Source: the human T2T-CHM13v2.0 reference genome, Homo sapiens. From it: a stretch of DNA of 64,000 bases. The notes beneath the pieces are model-generated. The model searched no databases. It saw only the letters and a program-made list of their open reading frames with translations, and was not told the DNA's origin. The position numbers and the translations under genes are program-made. The stretch lies in NCBI RefSeq assembly GCF_009914755.1, contig NC_060928.1. One strand, 5' to 3'. This document shows, piece after piece, positions 26,996-41,310 of the stretch (position 1 is its first letter; each line of letters starts with the position of its first letter).

Positions 26996-29074
26996 CTAAA
27001 CAAAATTATATGGTTTTTATTAAGCACCAGAAAAGCAGAGAGCCTGGGTGAAGTTGTAGCCAGCTCTGGGCCTGCTTTATAATTGGATGATCTAATCAGT
27101 GAACACTACAATAAAGTAGAAAATATACCCAGAATATGAAAACTTATTAAATAATAAGAGTGTGCAAATTCTCCTTAATTCTGTCCTTCCTATTCCATCT
27201 TTAGAAACCATAGTAAAGTTGTTTAAAGTATGGAATCTGTGTAAATTTTGTAAAATCATACAGGAAAGGAAAGTTGATTTTTGCCTACATGGACAACACC
27301 AGGACTGGGATCATGGAAAACTAAATTGGCATGTACTATCTAGAGGCAGAAGTAATCAAACAATTAATTTTGAATAGGAGCATCTCATTTGTATCACTCT
27401 TTCTTAATACATGTGGTTTAGAATTTCAGTAATCAAACCATAATAGCTTAAAAATACCAAGTTAGCTACCAAATCTATGCGCAGACGAGATTAGGATTCA
27501 ATAATGTGCTGACTAGTCTCATTCACTCTAAACATATTATTTTCAGATTTGACTTAAATAGCTAAGTTACTACTTTATCGCTTTGTCCAAACCAATGCCT
27601 TCCCTCTCCTTCCTTCTACAGTACCATCTTTTTTCCTGCTCAATATTATCAAACCAAGCTACAAATCTAATTAAACTGTCTTGATGCCAAAATCTCTGCT
27701 CCTGGAGAAATGCATCATGCAGCACATCTAGGTAAGTGAATTAAAAAAGCATCCAGGCAGGTATCTGGTGAATGTCTCAGTTCATCCTTGCATAATAAAC
27801 TATCTTCTCCTGCTCATTCATTTGTCAGTCACAGTAACTAAGGATTATTATTTGCTGAATGTACGTGACACCAGCAATTTGCAAAGTCTGTTGGCAAGAA
27901 AATCAGGTTAGCATGACAGAGTGAGAAATTAAGCAGAAGCCTGATGTAATTAGCTACAACAATCAGTGCTCTAATTTCTGATTTATTGTTTCCTGTTTTC
28001 CTGCTGCACTCCACTCTGTGTATACTGTATGTACTTCATATAGGTCAAACAATTGCCTTATCAGTCCTGGCAAAGCGAGAGGTCAGAGTTAACAATATTT
28101 ATTTAAACATGCAGGATGCTTCCCTCTGCAATTAGGAAATAACTATTACTAATAGGTCCTTGGCACTATTTCCTCATTTATACAATTTTTGGGGAAAAAA
28201 GAAACAGAAGCAAGGAAGAATTGGGATTCATTTCTTACATATGCACAAAAGTTTATTTAGTTCTCCCTCTTGGATAATTCTTTTACTCTCAAAAGATCTA
28301 TGATTCTAAAAGAGCCAAATGAATCATTACTGTTACAGATGAATATTTATAAAAATACAGTAAAAATATCTTTCTTGATAAATAGTGGGGTTTTGTTTTC
28401 AAAGCCCTGTTAAAAGGTTATTGCAGAACCCCCGTGGAAACTCTAGTCCATGGAGAATTTTCTTGCTGTCCATCATTCAACCACAAACAGAAAGTGGTGT
28501 TAGCTGTTCTTTTCATATTTTTAGAAAGCATTCTTTCAAATTGCATATAGGTTCTATTTTGCAGAACTATGAGCTTTCTTACATTCAAAATAGAATTTTC
28601 TTAAAACCTCTGAAATAAAGCAATGAACTTCTATAAGATAAAAATACTTCACTCAAAATAATGTTAACATTTCTGAAAGAATGAAAATAACTTAATTCAG
28701 GGTAAATTAAATGAAATTTGCATCACTGGCATGTAAAAGAATAGGTTCTAGGTTTCTTTAAAAACAAAGGACCTGAATATAATAAGACAAATATTTCTGT
28801 TTGTATTCTTTTAGTTAAAAAATTTTATATGTTAATTCTCTCAAGACACTGTATACCTTTGAGAAGATAAAATAGAACATACTTCCAAGGCTTTCAGAAA
28901 ATCCTCAGAATCTAGTCAGACTGAAAAGCAAGATGGGACATAGAAGACACATTAGACTGCCAGGAAATCTGGATTTTTCTAAGGTCATCTCTTTCTTAAC
29001 TAATAGCCTTGGGTAAATCATTTGACCTCTTTAAGTCTCATTTTCCTCATAGACCAACCTGTACTATGAAAGGC

Positions 29075-30500
29075 ATGCATTCATTAGTTCTTTCATTATT
29101 CCACAAAATTTTACCGAGTGCTAAACAGGCACTGTTGCACTGTGCTAAGTGTTGAGAAAACAGTGGTGAACAGCAGCAAGTAAGAGAAATCTTTGTTCTC
29201 ATGAAGCCTACTCTAACAACTGCAAGATAAAAGTAGATATGCTTCAGGACCAATGATAACAGTGTGTCATTAAGTCAGTGATTATAATAATGTCTTTTTC
29301 AGTTGCTGATATCCACCAAAATGATGGAGGGGAGAATGAGCAAATAAACAAATAAATGATCATAATAGGCTGAGAGAAGAAAAATAAAACAAGTGAAAGT
29401 AACAGAGAGTTACTGGAGGACAACTTGAAAGGGGAGGTCAGGGAAGGATTCTCCAAAAAGGTAACATCTGAGTTGAGACTTAAGTGACAAGAAAGTGCCC
29501 ACTATTCAAAGATCTGAGAATAGAGCATTACCAGGAGAAATAGGAAATAGAAGACTTCAAGTGGGAATAAATAAGTTGTGACTAAGCAACAGAAAGGAAT
29601 CCAGTGTAAGCTGCTGTAATTTCCAAGTGCGGTAGTGGAAAAGTATTTAAATGAGGTCAGAGAAGTAGGTACAGTTGTTATCATACATTTTTAAAACCAT
29701 AAGCAATTTGAAGTATATTCTAGGTTGGATGGGCAGTAATTGAAGCTAAGTAGGCTTATACTGTAATCTAATTTAATATGTAAAACTAATTCAGCCTCTA
29801 GGTAGAGAATTGAGAGCAAGAGTGGCAGCTATGGCAACTGATTGGGAGTGGATGGCAGTAGTAATATTGGCTTGGACTAGGCAGTGAAGATGGAGAGAAG
29901 ACTAACATAATGAACCTTGGAGACAGTTGGTAGGACTTGCTCTTGGGTTGGATGTAGAAAATGAGAGGAAATGAGAAATCAAAATGACTCCTAGGTTTTG
30001 GACTTGAGCATCTGGGTGGATAGTGTTTGCATTAATGAGGTAGTGACTACTGATTGGGATAGAATAAATTTGGCTTCAGCCATGGTAAGTTTCAGTTATC
30101 TATTATATGCCCAAGTAGCATATAAAATAGGTAGCTGGATATTCAAGTCTAACTAGCCAGATCAGGACCAGAGTTATTGATACAGAGATGGTATTTAAAG
30201 CCATGAGGAATTAGATGAAATTATCCAGAAAAACATTATAAATAGAGATGCAGAGAAGTCCTAAGACTAAACTCTAAAGTACCTTAACATTAAAAGGTTC
30301 AAAAAAGAAAAAGGAATCCACAAAGGTGATTGAGAGGAAGAAACTCCACATGATTTGATATTATGGGAGCCAAGACAAGAAAGAATTTCAAGAAGGAAGG
30401 AGTGATCAGTTTTGCCAAATATTACTGACTGGTAGAGAAAACTGATGACAGATGATGGTAAAATAGAAGTTAATGACCTTGACAAAAGTAGTTTCATGAA
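29075..30500 (-). mobile_element. L2 3' region relic
   Basis: Starts cattcatt; antisense L2 motifs gaggtcagggaagg, aatcaaaatgactcctaggtttt, agatggtatttaaagccatgag. Confidence 0.8.
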
Positions 30501-30540
30501 CTGTAAGGTTACACATCTATGGATTTAAAAATCAGGCTCA

Positions 30541-30843
30541 GGCTGGGTGTAGTGGTTCATGCCTACAATCCCAGCATTTTGAGAGGCTGAGGTTAGAAGT
30601 TCGAGACCAGCCTGGCCAACATGGTTAAACTCCATCTCTACTGAAAATACAAGAATTAACCAGGTGTGGTGGTGCATGCCTGTAGTCCCAGCTACTCAGG
30701 AGACTGAATCAGGAGAATCTCTTGAATCCAGGAGGCAGAGGTAGCAGTGAGCTGATATTGCATCACTGCACTCCAGCCTAGGAGACAGAGCAAGACTCCA
30801 TCTCAAAAAATAAATAAATAAATAAATAATAATAAAAGTAAAA
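30541..30843 (+). mobile_element. AluS/J with a small left-arm deletion
   Basis: 14-bp TSD taaaaatcaggctc at 30526-30539 and 30844-30857. Confidence 0.94.
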
Positions 30844-30870
30844 TAAAAATCAGGCTCTACAACTTAATAG

Positions 30871-31719
30871 CGAAGCAGGATATTTCCCTGCCCCTTTGCA
30901 GGTGGGAACTTGAGTACAGGGATGCTGGAACTAGCTGGCTGCTTTGGCACTGGCAGGGGCAAATTCCACTCACTTGGATCCACTGCACTTCACCCTTCAT
31001 GGGGGGCGGGGAGTGTGCAGGTGAGTGGATGCAGGAGCTGGGGCGAGTGCTTTTGAGCACTGGCAGAAGCAAAACTCTGTGCGGCCCCACAGCAGCATCT
31101 GGGGAGGTGCCCATGACCCCTGAAGCCCCAGAAGGAGTGTTACCGTGCCCTTTTAGCTTTACTGTCCATGGACAGCTTAAGTGGTAACAGCTCAGTGGAG
31201 GGTCATTGTGACAACATTTTGCACCTGCACTCATGGCACCCAAGTTCTTGTCCAGTATCCAGAAGGAATGAGATCGCATGAACAAATTGAAGATGGTAAA
31301 CAAGGGGGATTTTATTACCATTGAAAGTAGCTCTCAGCAGCAAGGGGAGCTGAAAAGGGGATGGAGCCGTAAGGTAATCTTCCCCTGAAGATTCCCCGTG
31401 GATGGCCAGACTCCTCTCCAGAGCTACGCTGTCAAGCTGTCCCTCTGAAGTAAAGCCTCTTCTGTCTGACGTCCTACCATAGTCTCTGACATCCAGCTAC
31501 TTCCCCTCCTTCTGCTGGCTGAGCCTGGGGTTTTTATGGGCACAGAATGGGGGTGGGGTAGGCCATGGGTGGTTTTGGAAAGGCAACATTCGAGCAGGAA
31601 AACAGGGATGTAAGTTCTCACTTTGGGCTGCATTGACAGGCTTTTCAGCTTAAGGGTGGGGCCCTCACCAGGGACCTGCCCTCTTCTGCCCAGAATTTCC
31701 CTGCCTCCTGTCCCTATCA
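30871..31719 (-). mobile_element. ERV1 solo LTR (LTR1/LTR27/LTR28/MER52-related group)
   Basis: Minus strand starts tgatagggacaggaggcagggaaattctgggcagaagagggc; GC-rich; 4-bp TSD atag at 30867-30870 and 31720-31723. Confidence 0.85.
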
Positions 31720-31860
31720 ATAGCTATATGACCTTGGGCAAGACATTTAAATCTTCTGTGCCTCAAATTTTTCTTCTTGGCAATGGGAGTATAGCACCTA
31801 CAGTCAGACTGGTTGAATGATTCAACACAGTAATATATTGGAAAGATCTTGCCATGATTC
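31720..31860 (+). mobile_element. MIR, remainder of an element interrupted by the Alu and LTR
   Basis: agctatatgaccttgggcaagacatttaaatcttctgtgcctca is the MIR core. Confidence 0.8.
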
Positions 31861-32664
31861 AATAGACCTTCTTTCTGTTCCCCTTTTCCCAACTCACCAG
31901 AAAATTTAAAATATAGTTAACTAACCAATTCTGTTAAAGTCAAATAAAGTCCATACATCAAAATTTGAAAAAATAGATGCTAGAATTCTTTAAGCTACTC
32001 TTTTACTCACAATTTTATGTAGGACAGCAAAGCTTAAACTTTGTAATGGAAATGGTCATAAGTTACTACGTAGTTATATGTAGTTATGTAATAGCCAATA
32101 ATTCCAATAAATTATCTAAATTTCTATCACAAAGGAAATAACTAAAACATATTTTTTACCCTTAGTACTAAAATTTATTCTGAAATAAAGGCACAATGAA
32201 AGAAGAGATCATGACAATGGGAGTATTCTAACGCATATTAATTTTTAAATTAAATAGTATTAATGTCTCAGTAGGAATGAATCTATGCTTTTTTGACTGA
32301 GAGAACAATTTCATGTATAATCTCTGACAAGATAAATACCCTCCTTGCAGTGGAATCTGTTGTTTTACAATTAATTAAATGTTTTAGCTAGGTTAAAGCT
32401 CAATCTCTGCCCAAATTCTTAAAGCAATATGAATTTCTACCAAGATATTGAAACACCTAAAACATTTTGTCATCTGGCAATTTCTGTAGTATCTTCTTAA
32501 TCGTATGTTTAGATTAATAACATTTTCTAATTTTAGTGGAGTCTGATTTGTCAATTTTTTTCCTGAAGGGTTAGCACATTATTTGTCTAACGAACTTTTA
32601 GAAGTTATTTTTTTCTCATCTAAGCATTTATTATTTATTTAACAATATTACTTCAGTGCCTTCT

Positions 32665-32985
32665 GGGTCAAAAATAGGATATAAAAGTTCTCTCTCTGCC
32701 TGACTCATTGATGAGAGACATGGATCTTCTGCCCTTGGACTGGGACTTACTTCATTGATGCTCCTGGTTCTCATGCCTTCAGACTCAGACTGGCATTTAT
32801 TTAATACAACACTGGCTTTCCTGGGTCTCCAGCTTTCAAACAGGAGATCATGGGACTTCTCAGCCTCCTTAACTGTATTAACCAATTCTTATAATAAATT
32901 TATAAATATATATGTATAAACATGCATATGTGTGTATACATATATCTCCTATTAGTTCTATTTCTTTGGAGAACTCTGACTAAAG
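32665..32985 (+). mobile_element. MLT2-family LTR 3' part
   Basis: ttcctgggtctccagct...atcatgggacttctcagcctc...tctcctattagttctatttctttggagaactctgactaa. Confidence 0.8.
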
Positions 32986-33293
32986 AATGTGAGATAGAGA
33001 TTAAATGATAACTTTATTTCCCATGTTGATATTCAATTGATGTAGTACAGTTTACTGAAAGTACAATCATTCTTCACTGCCCTGCAGTGTCAATTTTTTA
33101 TAAATTAATTATCCTTATGTGTGTGGTCTGTTTCTGAACTGTCTATTCTGTGCCTTTGGTATATTTGTGTATGTCTGCCTAAATTCTACACTGTCTCAAT
33201 CGTATTAACTTTATATTAACTTACAGAAGAGAAATGACTCCTCAAACTTTATTTAGCATTTTAAGATCGTCTTAGACATTCATGGCTCTTTGA

Positions 33294-34441
<1,148 letters not shown>

Positions 34442-34444
34442 TAC

Positions 34445-35470
34445 TTATATATCATATCTTCATTATTATTCAGTTTTAAATATCTTCTAATTGCAATTAT
34501 GTTTTGTTGCCCCATATATTTCTGCAAAATTACGTTGGGGATTATATTGAAGATTTTCCAGTTAATCTTTTTAAATTTAGTATTTTTATGATGAATTTTA
34601 GCAAATGTTTAAAATACATTTGAAAAGCATAGGCATTCTTTGGTTACTGTGTACAGTGGTCTGTATCTATTGATTATATCAAGTAACTTAATTGTGTTTA
34701 TAACCCTATAATTTTTTCTTGCCTGTTCTATCAGTTATTGAGGGATGTTTGCTAAAATCTTCAAATATATTGTGGATATTCTGCTGTCCTTTTAGTTACA
34801 TCAATTTTTGCTTTATGAATTTTCAGGCTATGTATTAAGTACATGCAAATTCAGAATTCATAAGTCATTCTACTGAATGGAAAATTTTATCATTCCAAAA
34901 TGTCCTTCTTCAGTTCTAGTAATGTCTCTTGCCCACAATCAACTTTGTCATTCATTTAAATATATCAGATTTCCTTTGGTTAGTTTGTACTGTGTGTGAC
35001 TTTCCATCCTTTTTTTTCCTTTTTTAAGGCATGTATCTATTAAGTATTACATAGTTGAATTTCTTAAGGAGTCTGACAATTATTGCCTTTTAATTAGAGT
35101 CTTTATTATATTGATATTTAATATAATTCCTGCTGTATTGGGATTTAAATCAATGCCTTGCTTTTTATTTATTTTTCTGCATCCAACGTGTCTGACATTC
35201 CATTTTCCTCCTCTCTTACTTTCTCTATGGTTAATTAAATATTTTGTCTCATCTTATTTATCATTCTGTTTCTTCCTGGTAACATTAATATTTTTAGTCA
35301 TTAGTCAGAGATTATAGCATGAATCCTTGACTTATTAAAATCTAATATAAATTAGCATTTACCACTTTCCAGATATTGCTAGAAGCTGAAAATAATATAA
35401 CTGCAATTACCTAGCTTACTTGTTGTACAATTATTCTTATGTATTTTAAATTGACATATATTTCAAACCC
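34445..35470 (-). mobile_element. Ancient L1ME-like ORF2 relic
   Basis: tcaatttttgctttatg, gtctgacaattattgccttttaatt; very T-rich. Confidence 0.6.
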
Positions 35471-35472
35471 CC

Positions 35473-35899
35473 TGTTAAAAGACAAACTTCAGCTGAATTA
35501 AATTTAAAGGAGTTTAATTGAGCAATGAATGATTTGTGAATCAGGCAGGCCCCCAGAATCACAGTAGATTCTCAGAGACTCAAGGGATGCCTCATGGTCA
35601 GAATAAATTTATAGACAAAAATAAAAATGATGTACGGAAATTAGAGGTGAGGTACAGAAACAGCTGGATTGGTTGCAGGTTGGTGTTTACCTTATTTGAA
35701 CACAGTTTGAACACTCAGCAGCTTATGGTTGAAATATGGCTGATAAGACTGACCAAGACTCAGCCACTGTTACAGGCACATACTCCAAAGTTAGGGTTTC
35801 AATCTTGTCTACCTACTAAGTTAGGTTGCAGTTTGTCCACAAGAACTCAAATATAAAAGTACAGAGTCCTTCTCAGGCCATATTTAGTTTGCTTTAACA
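35473..35899 (-). mobile_element. MER57-family (ERV1) solo LTR
   Basis: tgttaaa...tttaaca termini; minus-strand start tgttaaagcaaactaaatatggcctgagaaggact; near-TSD cccc / ctcc. Confidence 0.85.
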
Positions 35900-36169
35900 C
35901 TCCTAAAGCAATTTATACAATTAATTTTCATTTCTATATACTCAAATATTTACCCTTTATTTTGCTTGTTTTTCTTAATGCAGCTACATGGTTCCATCTG
36001 GATCATTTCACTTCTGCTTAAAGAAATCCTCCTGAATATTTGCTGCTTTGGTAGATAATCAACACCTTCAGACAATTACTTTAAATTTTTGTTTAGATTT
36101 TCTAGTTATTATTGGTAGGACTTTTGGTCTGAAATAAGCTTGTCTGATATTGCTGGAAGCAAAAGTCTC

Positions 36170-37210
36170 ACAAAATATCTCCCTCTCAAACCTTTCTCCC
36201 AGATTCATATATTCAAATACCTGCTGGACATCTCCACGTAGATGTCTAACAGCTCAAACCATATTGAAACCCTGGTCCTTCCCTCCCCCTCCACAACAAA
36301 AATCTCACTCCACCCATATCACTTCCATCTTACTTGACGAAAATGCCAACCTTTTAGTTGTTTGACCCCAAATTTTGGAGTCATCTTTTATTCCTGTCAG
36401 AAACTGTTGGCTCTATCTTCAAGACTTGTCCAGAAATCAACCATTTCCCTCCATCTGTACTGTTACAACTCTGATCCGAATCACTATAATATCTTTTCTG
36501 GATTGCTACAATAATTCCCTGATAGGTCTCCCTGAGTCTATGTTTGATCCCCACAGAATGCTCAACAGTGCAGCTAGAATGACACTTTTACTGGTTAAAT
36601 CACATTATGCCACTTATCAGCTTATACCACCCAATGCCTGCCCATCAGACTAGCCAAAGATCTTACTATAACTTGCAAGGTCCTCCTGGATCATCGCCTC
36701 CTTGCCTTTGATTTCATCTTCTACCATTTTCACTGTGCTCCATCACACTAGCCTCTTTCTGTTTTTAAACATAAAAGGCATTTTCATTCCCACATCTCAA
36801 AGTCCTCGCTCTAGCTGTTTCTTTTGCATGGAAGTCTCTTCCTCCTCATAATCTACTGGCAAACCTTTACCCTCTTGAGTCATTGCTGAAATCCTACCTT
36901 TTCAACAACCCCTACCACGATCAATCTGTTTAGATCTGCAACTCACCCCAACTTCTGCATGGCCCTCTCAATCTCCCTTACTCTGCTCTACTTTTTTTTC
37001 TATTGAATTTTTCATCTTCTAAAGTAAAATGTGCTTATTTTTATGGTTTATTTATATTTGCCTTCAACTGCTAGAATATGTGTCCCAAGAAGAAAGGGGT
37101 CTTTGTGTTTTTCATAGATGTATTCCAAACATCCACAACAATGTCGAATATATAACAGGCTCCCCATATATATATCTGTTGAATGAAGAAGTGAATGAAT
37201 GAATAAATGC
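36170..37210 (+). mobile_element. L2a-like 3' end
   Basis: ctgctggacatctccacgtagatgtctaa, ttggagtcatcttt, and terminal tgttgaatgaa...tgaatgaatgaat. Confidence 0.85.
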
Positions 37211-37294
37211 CTTCCTCTTTCTACACAGTCCTGCTTAGAAGGTGAATGAGACATTTGGTTTTCTTGAACATGGAGAATATATACCATTCCCTAG

Positions 37295-37560
37295 GGTATT
37301 ACCGTTTGTATCTGCTATAAGAAATTACCACAAACTTGATGACTTAAAAAAACAAAAATTTATTATCTCACAGTTCTGGAGGCAAGAAATAATCAGATTG
37401 CTGGGCCAAAATCCGGGTATCCAGAGCCACACTACTTCCAGAGGTCCTAGAGGAGAATCCATCCATTCCTTGAACTCAGAATTCAAGACGGGAACTCCTA
37501 GGCTTGTGACCACATCACTCCAGTCTTCAAGTACAGCATCTTCAAACCTGTTGTGCCTTC

Positions 37561-37601
<41 letters not shown>

Positions 37602-37808
37602 ATAAAATCTCTCTCTGCCTTCATTTATAAGGATATAGGTGATGGCATTTAGGGGCCACCTGAATAATCCAACATAACCTTCCCATCTCAAGATCCTTAG
37701 TTTAATCACACCTGCAAAGACTCTTTTCCCAAATAAGGTAGCATTTACAGATTCTCAGGACCTGATATCTTTTGAGGCCTAAGATCTTTTTGAGGACAGC
37801 CCACCACA
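37295..37808 (-). mobile_element. MLT1C-like LTR containing a (TG)n tract
   Basis: aattaccacaaactt...tttattatctcacagttctggaggc...catctcaagatccttagtttaatcacacctgcaaagac. Confidence 0.85.
37563..37598. repeat. (TG)n microsatellite
   Basis: Read directly from the sequence. Confidence 0.95.
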
Positions 37809-39279
37809 CCTGGGCACAATGTACAGTGAATATAGTTCCCTTATGACTTAATGGAGCAAAGCAGTCATGCAAGCCTTGGAAATCCTTACTTTGAGATACT
37901 AGGTTGAAGAGAAATAAACATATTTTAAGCCACTGTTACTCTGGGCCTTGTTGAGTTCAATCATAATGAATCCTAACTGATAACAGTGAATAACTGTGAA
38001 TATTTTTAATTGAAATATTACATTTACCGAAATGGAGTTGCACAAACTCTAATGTTATGTTTCTTTGCTTTGGACTGGAATTTTATTGCCTAATTGGGTA
38101 ACCCTGGTTATTTCATGTTGAAATACTCTCTGATACACAGTGGAAATAAAATGTATAACTTTAAAATAAAGTTTGGTAGATAGTTTAAAAACTTGAAGTG
38201 CCTAGAGAATACAAAAATTAATATTTAAAAATCTGATTGTGGAACTGTTTAGAACCACTGCTCTACATGAAAGCACATTAAATGACTGAACAGTTATCCT
38301 CTTTACCTACTACATTTTCTCCTAAAGCCTGGTAAGGAGCAAATTGCAACAGCCTAGACTGAGTCACAAAGACATGGATGTTCACAAGAAAACATGTGCT
38401 AAACAAATACCATATTTGGTAAGTACAAGTGGTTAGCAACTGAAAAGCCTTGCTTTGTAAATAGAAAATTCCCTCTTTAACCTAATGGTAAAAGCTGGCA
38501 TTTATTCTGACATGTTTGTCCAACAGTAAATTAACAAAAGAGTGGCACTTCTAATTCTACAAAATTAATCCCCAACAAGCTTCCCTGGATATCTTCGAGG
38601 ATCAGATACTATTGGAGATAACAAACTTAAAAGGTGTTAGAAGATTGGAACTGTGAAAGACAGCCTCAGCAACCTGTGGCATTCCAATGAACATTTGTGT
38701 TTGGTCATTGCCATGTATGTTCTATTATTAAGTAACTGTTGGGTAACATGTCTCAGGCCAAAATAAACAGTATTACCTGATAGATGTATGCACTAAACAT
38801 TAATATATTATAATGAACAGAGCTACATTGCTGCCCAAATGATCATATACAGATCATACAACAGTGTAATCTGTTTATCACGATACCAAATATCTTACGT
38901 TCTGGCTTTTTCTATAGAGTATCATCAGTTAACATTCAGAATTAATGCGCCCCATCCAGCCAGCTGCCCAAGCCAGAGGGTTTTTTCCCAGTCAACCCAT
39001 AAACACCTAGTGGAGAAGTCTTAGCTATTTAATATCTCCATCCATGTGTCTCCATCCCCATTGTTACCACTTAGGTCAACTCTTGAATTCACATTTCTCA
39101 TTCAGGTTCCATTAAGCTCCTAAGCGAGCTCCACACACCCACTGATGCCTCTTTAATACATTCTCCACTCTGCATCCAGAGGCATCTTCTAATAGTATAA
39201 ATATGTCATTGTTCTGCTGAAAACCGTTTGATGATCCACTATATTCTTCAAGGCTATTCATAATCTGGCAATACAGTGG

Positions 39280-39520
39280 AGCCATCAAGAACTTGGGCCC
39301 TAAAGCCAGACAGTCTAGGTACAAATCTTGGCTCTAACACCAGATGTGGTTCTGGGAATTCACTTTATGTCCCTGCTTCTCAATTTTTCCTTCTGTAAAA
39401 TAATTAATGTAATATTAGTGTTGCATTAATATGGTTGGGATTAAAAGAGGTAATGCTTATAAAGCCCTTAGTCCAGTGTCTGGCACACACATAGTACACA
39501 TTCCATAAAAATAATCTGTT
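39280..39520 (+). mobile_element. MIR within L2 remnants
   Basis: agccagacagtctaggtacaaatcttggctct...ctcaatttttccttctgtaaaat...gtgtctggcacacacatagta. Confidence 0.7.
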
Positions 39521-39913
39521 ATCATGTCTTGAGTTCTGTGTTCTCTACAGTTAAAACAAACTGCTGGCACTCTCTGAAGACATTATTCTGCCTCTGGATG
39601 CTATCTTTACATGTGCTGCTTCCTCAGGCAGGAAACCAGTCTTCTCCCATGGCCCCAACACCACTTTCTCTAGTTGATTCCCACATTTAACCTTTAAAAA
39701 ATCATGGAGATTGAATGTCCTCCTAAAAGCCTTTCCTCACTTTCTGCCATCTAGGTTTAATTCATATACTCATGGAGTAGTCCATACATAACACTACTCT
39801 AGGGCCTTATAGATTATATTGCAATTGTCTGCCTAATGGCCTATAACCCCACGTGGGTTATAAGCTCTTTGGAGGTCAACAATATAACTATTTGTCTCTG
39901 TATCATTAGTTCA

Positions 39914-40206
39914 TTTTTTGTTTTTTTGAGAAACAGTCTCACTTTGTCTAGGAGGCTGGAGTGTAGTGGTGATCTCAGCTCACTGCAACCTCTACTTCCT
40001 GGGTTCAAGCAATTCTCTGCCTCAGCCTCCCAAGTAGCTGGGCCTACAGGCATGCACAACCATGCCTGGCTGATTTTTGTATCTTTTATAGAGATGGGGT
40101 TTCAATGTGTTGGCAAGGCTGGTCTCCAACTCCTGGTTTCAAGTTATCCACCGGCCTCTGCCTCCCAAAGTGCTGGGATTACGGGCATGAGCCACCACGC
40201 CCAGCC
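39914..40206 (-). mobile_element. AluS/J inserted at the terminus of an MST LTR
   Basis: TSD tcattag(t/c)tca at 39903-39913 and 40207-40217. Confidence 0.93.
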
Positions 40207-40591
40207 TCATTAGCTCACTTTTGCACTGCTATAAAGAAATACCTGAAACTGGGTAATTTATGAAGAAAAGAGGTTTAATTGGCTCATGGTTCTGCAGGCT
40301 GTACAGGAAGCATGGCTGGGGAAGCCTCAGGAAACTTACGATCATGGAGGAAGGTGAAGGGGAAGCAGGCATCTCTTCATATAGGCAGTGCAGGAGCAAC
40401 AAAGGTGGAGGGAGGTGCTACATACTTTTAAACAACCAGATCTTGAAATAACTCATTCACTATCACCAGAACAGCACCAAAGAGGAAACCTGCTCCCATG
40501 AGCCAATCACCTCCCATCAAGCCCCATCTCCCACATTGGGGTTTACAATTTAACATGAGATTTGACAGGGACACAGACCCAAACCATATCA
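40207..40591 (-). mobile_element. MSTA-like solo LTR
   Basis: aagaaaagaggtttaattggctcatggttctgcaggctgtacaggaagcatggc...acacagacccaaaccatatca. Confidence 0.9.
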
Positions 40592-40729
40592 CACAGTGAC
40601 TGAAGATAAGCAAAGGAGAAGTAGCAGGAATAAAGATTCTGTAGACTTAGATGAATCTGAGAAAAAGAAGACTGTCTAAGGGTCTCAATCATCAAGTGCA
40701 TGGTCATATGCGAGTACTTAGAACTGTAT

Positions 40730-41310
40730 CTTTTTCTCACCAGATAAAATCCAAACTAATTATATTCAAATGTAGAATATGAAACCATACTAGTACAAGA
40801 AGAAAACATGGGCTAACTCCTTTATGGCCTGAGAAAGGGGACAACATTCACAATTATGATTCAAAATCTAGAATCAGTAAGGGAAAAGATGGATAAATGT
40901 TAATATAAATACATATAGATAAATACACCCATATATACATTCATACCTGAAAGTTTTGCATGACAAAAATAAAAGCACAAGCAAAGTAAAAAACAAATCA
41001 TAATACAATTTTGAAAATCTTACTTATACAATAGGCAAAGATTTATTATTCCTAAGGTGCTTATTTTAAAATATGATAAGTAAAGTGAAAGAATAGTGGG
41101 TTTTTCCTGCCTGGAGTGTTTTTAGATGAAATAATATGATGTTTGAAATTTGTTTTGTGAAAAAAAAAAGCCCTCCCTTTCGACAAAAGTAAGGGGATAG
41201 GTGAAATAAGTTTGACAAAATGATAGCATTGGAATTATGCAATTGATTCATAGATACTCATTCTGCTGTTCTGTCTACTTTTGTGTGCAAACTTGCCATA
41301 ATAAAAAAGC
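40730..41310 (+). mobile_element. Ancient L1ME-like fragments
   Basis: gtacaagaagaaaacatggg; 3' end tactcattctgctgttctgtctacttttgtgtg...cataataaaaa. Confidence 0.5.

Noticed and set aside
30857-31321. 154-aa minus-strand ORF
   Set aside because: Almost entirely within the ERV1 solo LTR; no protein family resemblance.
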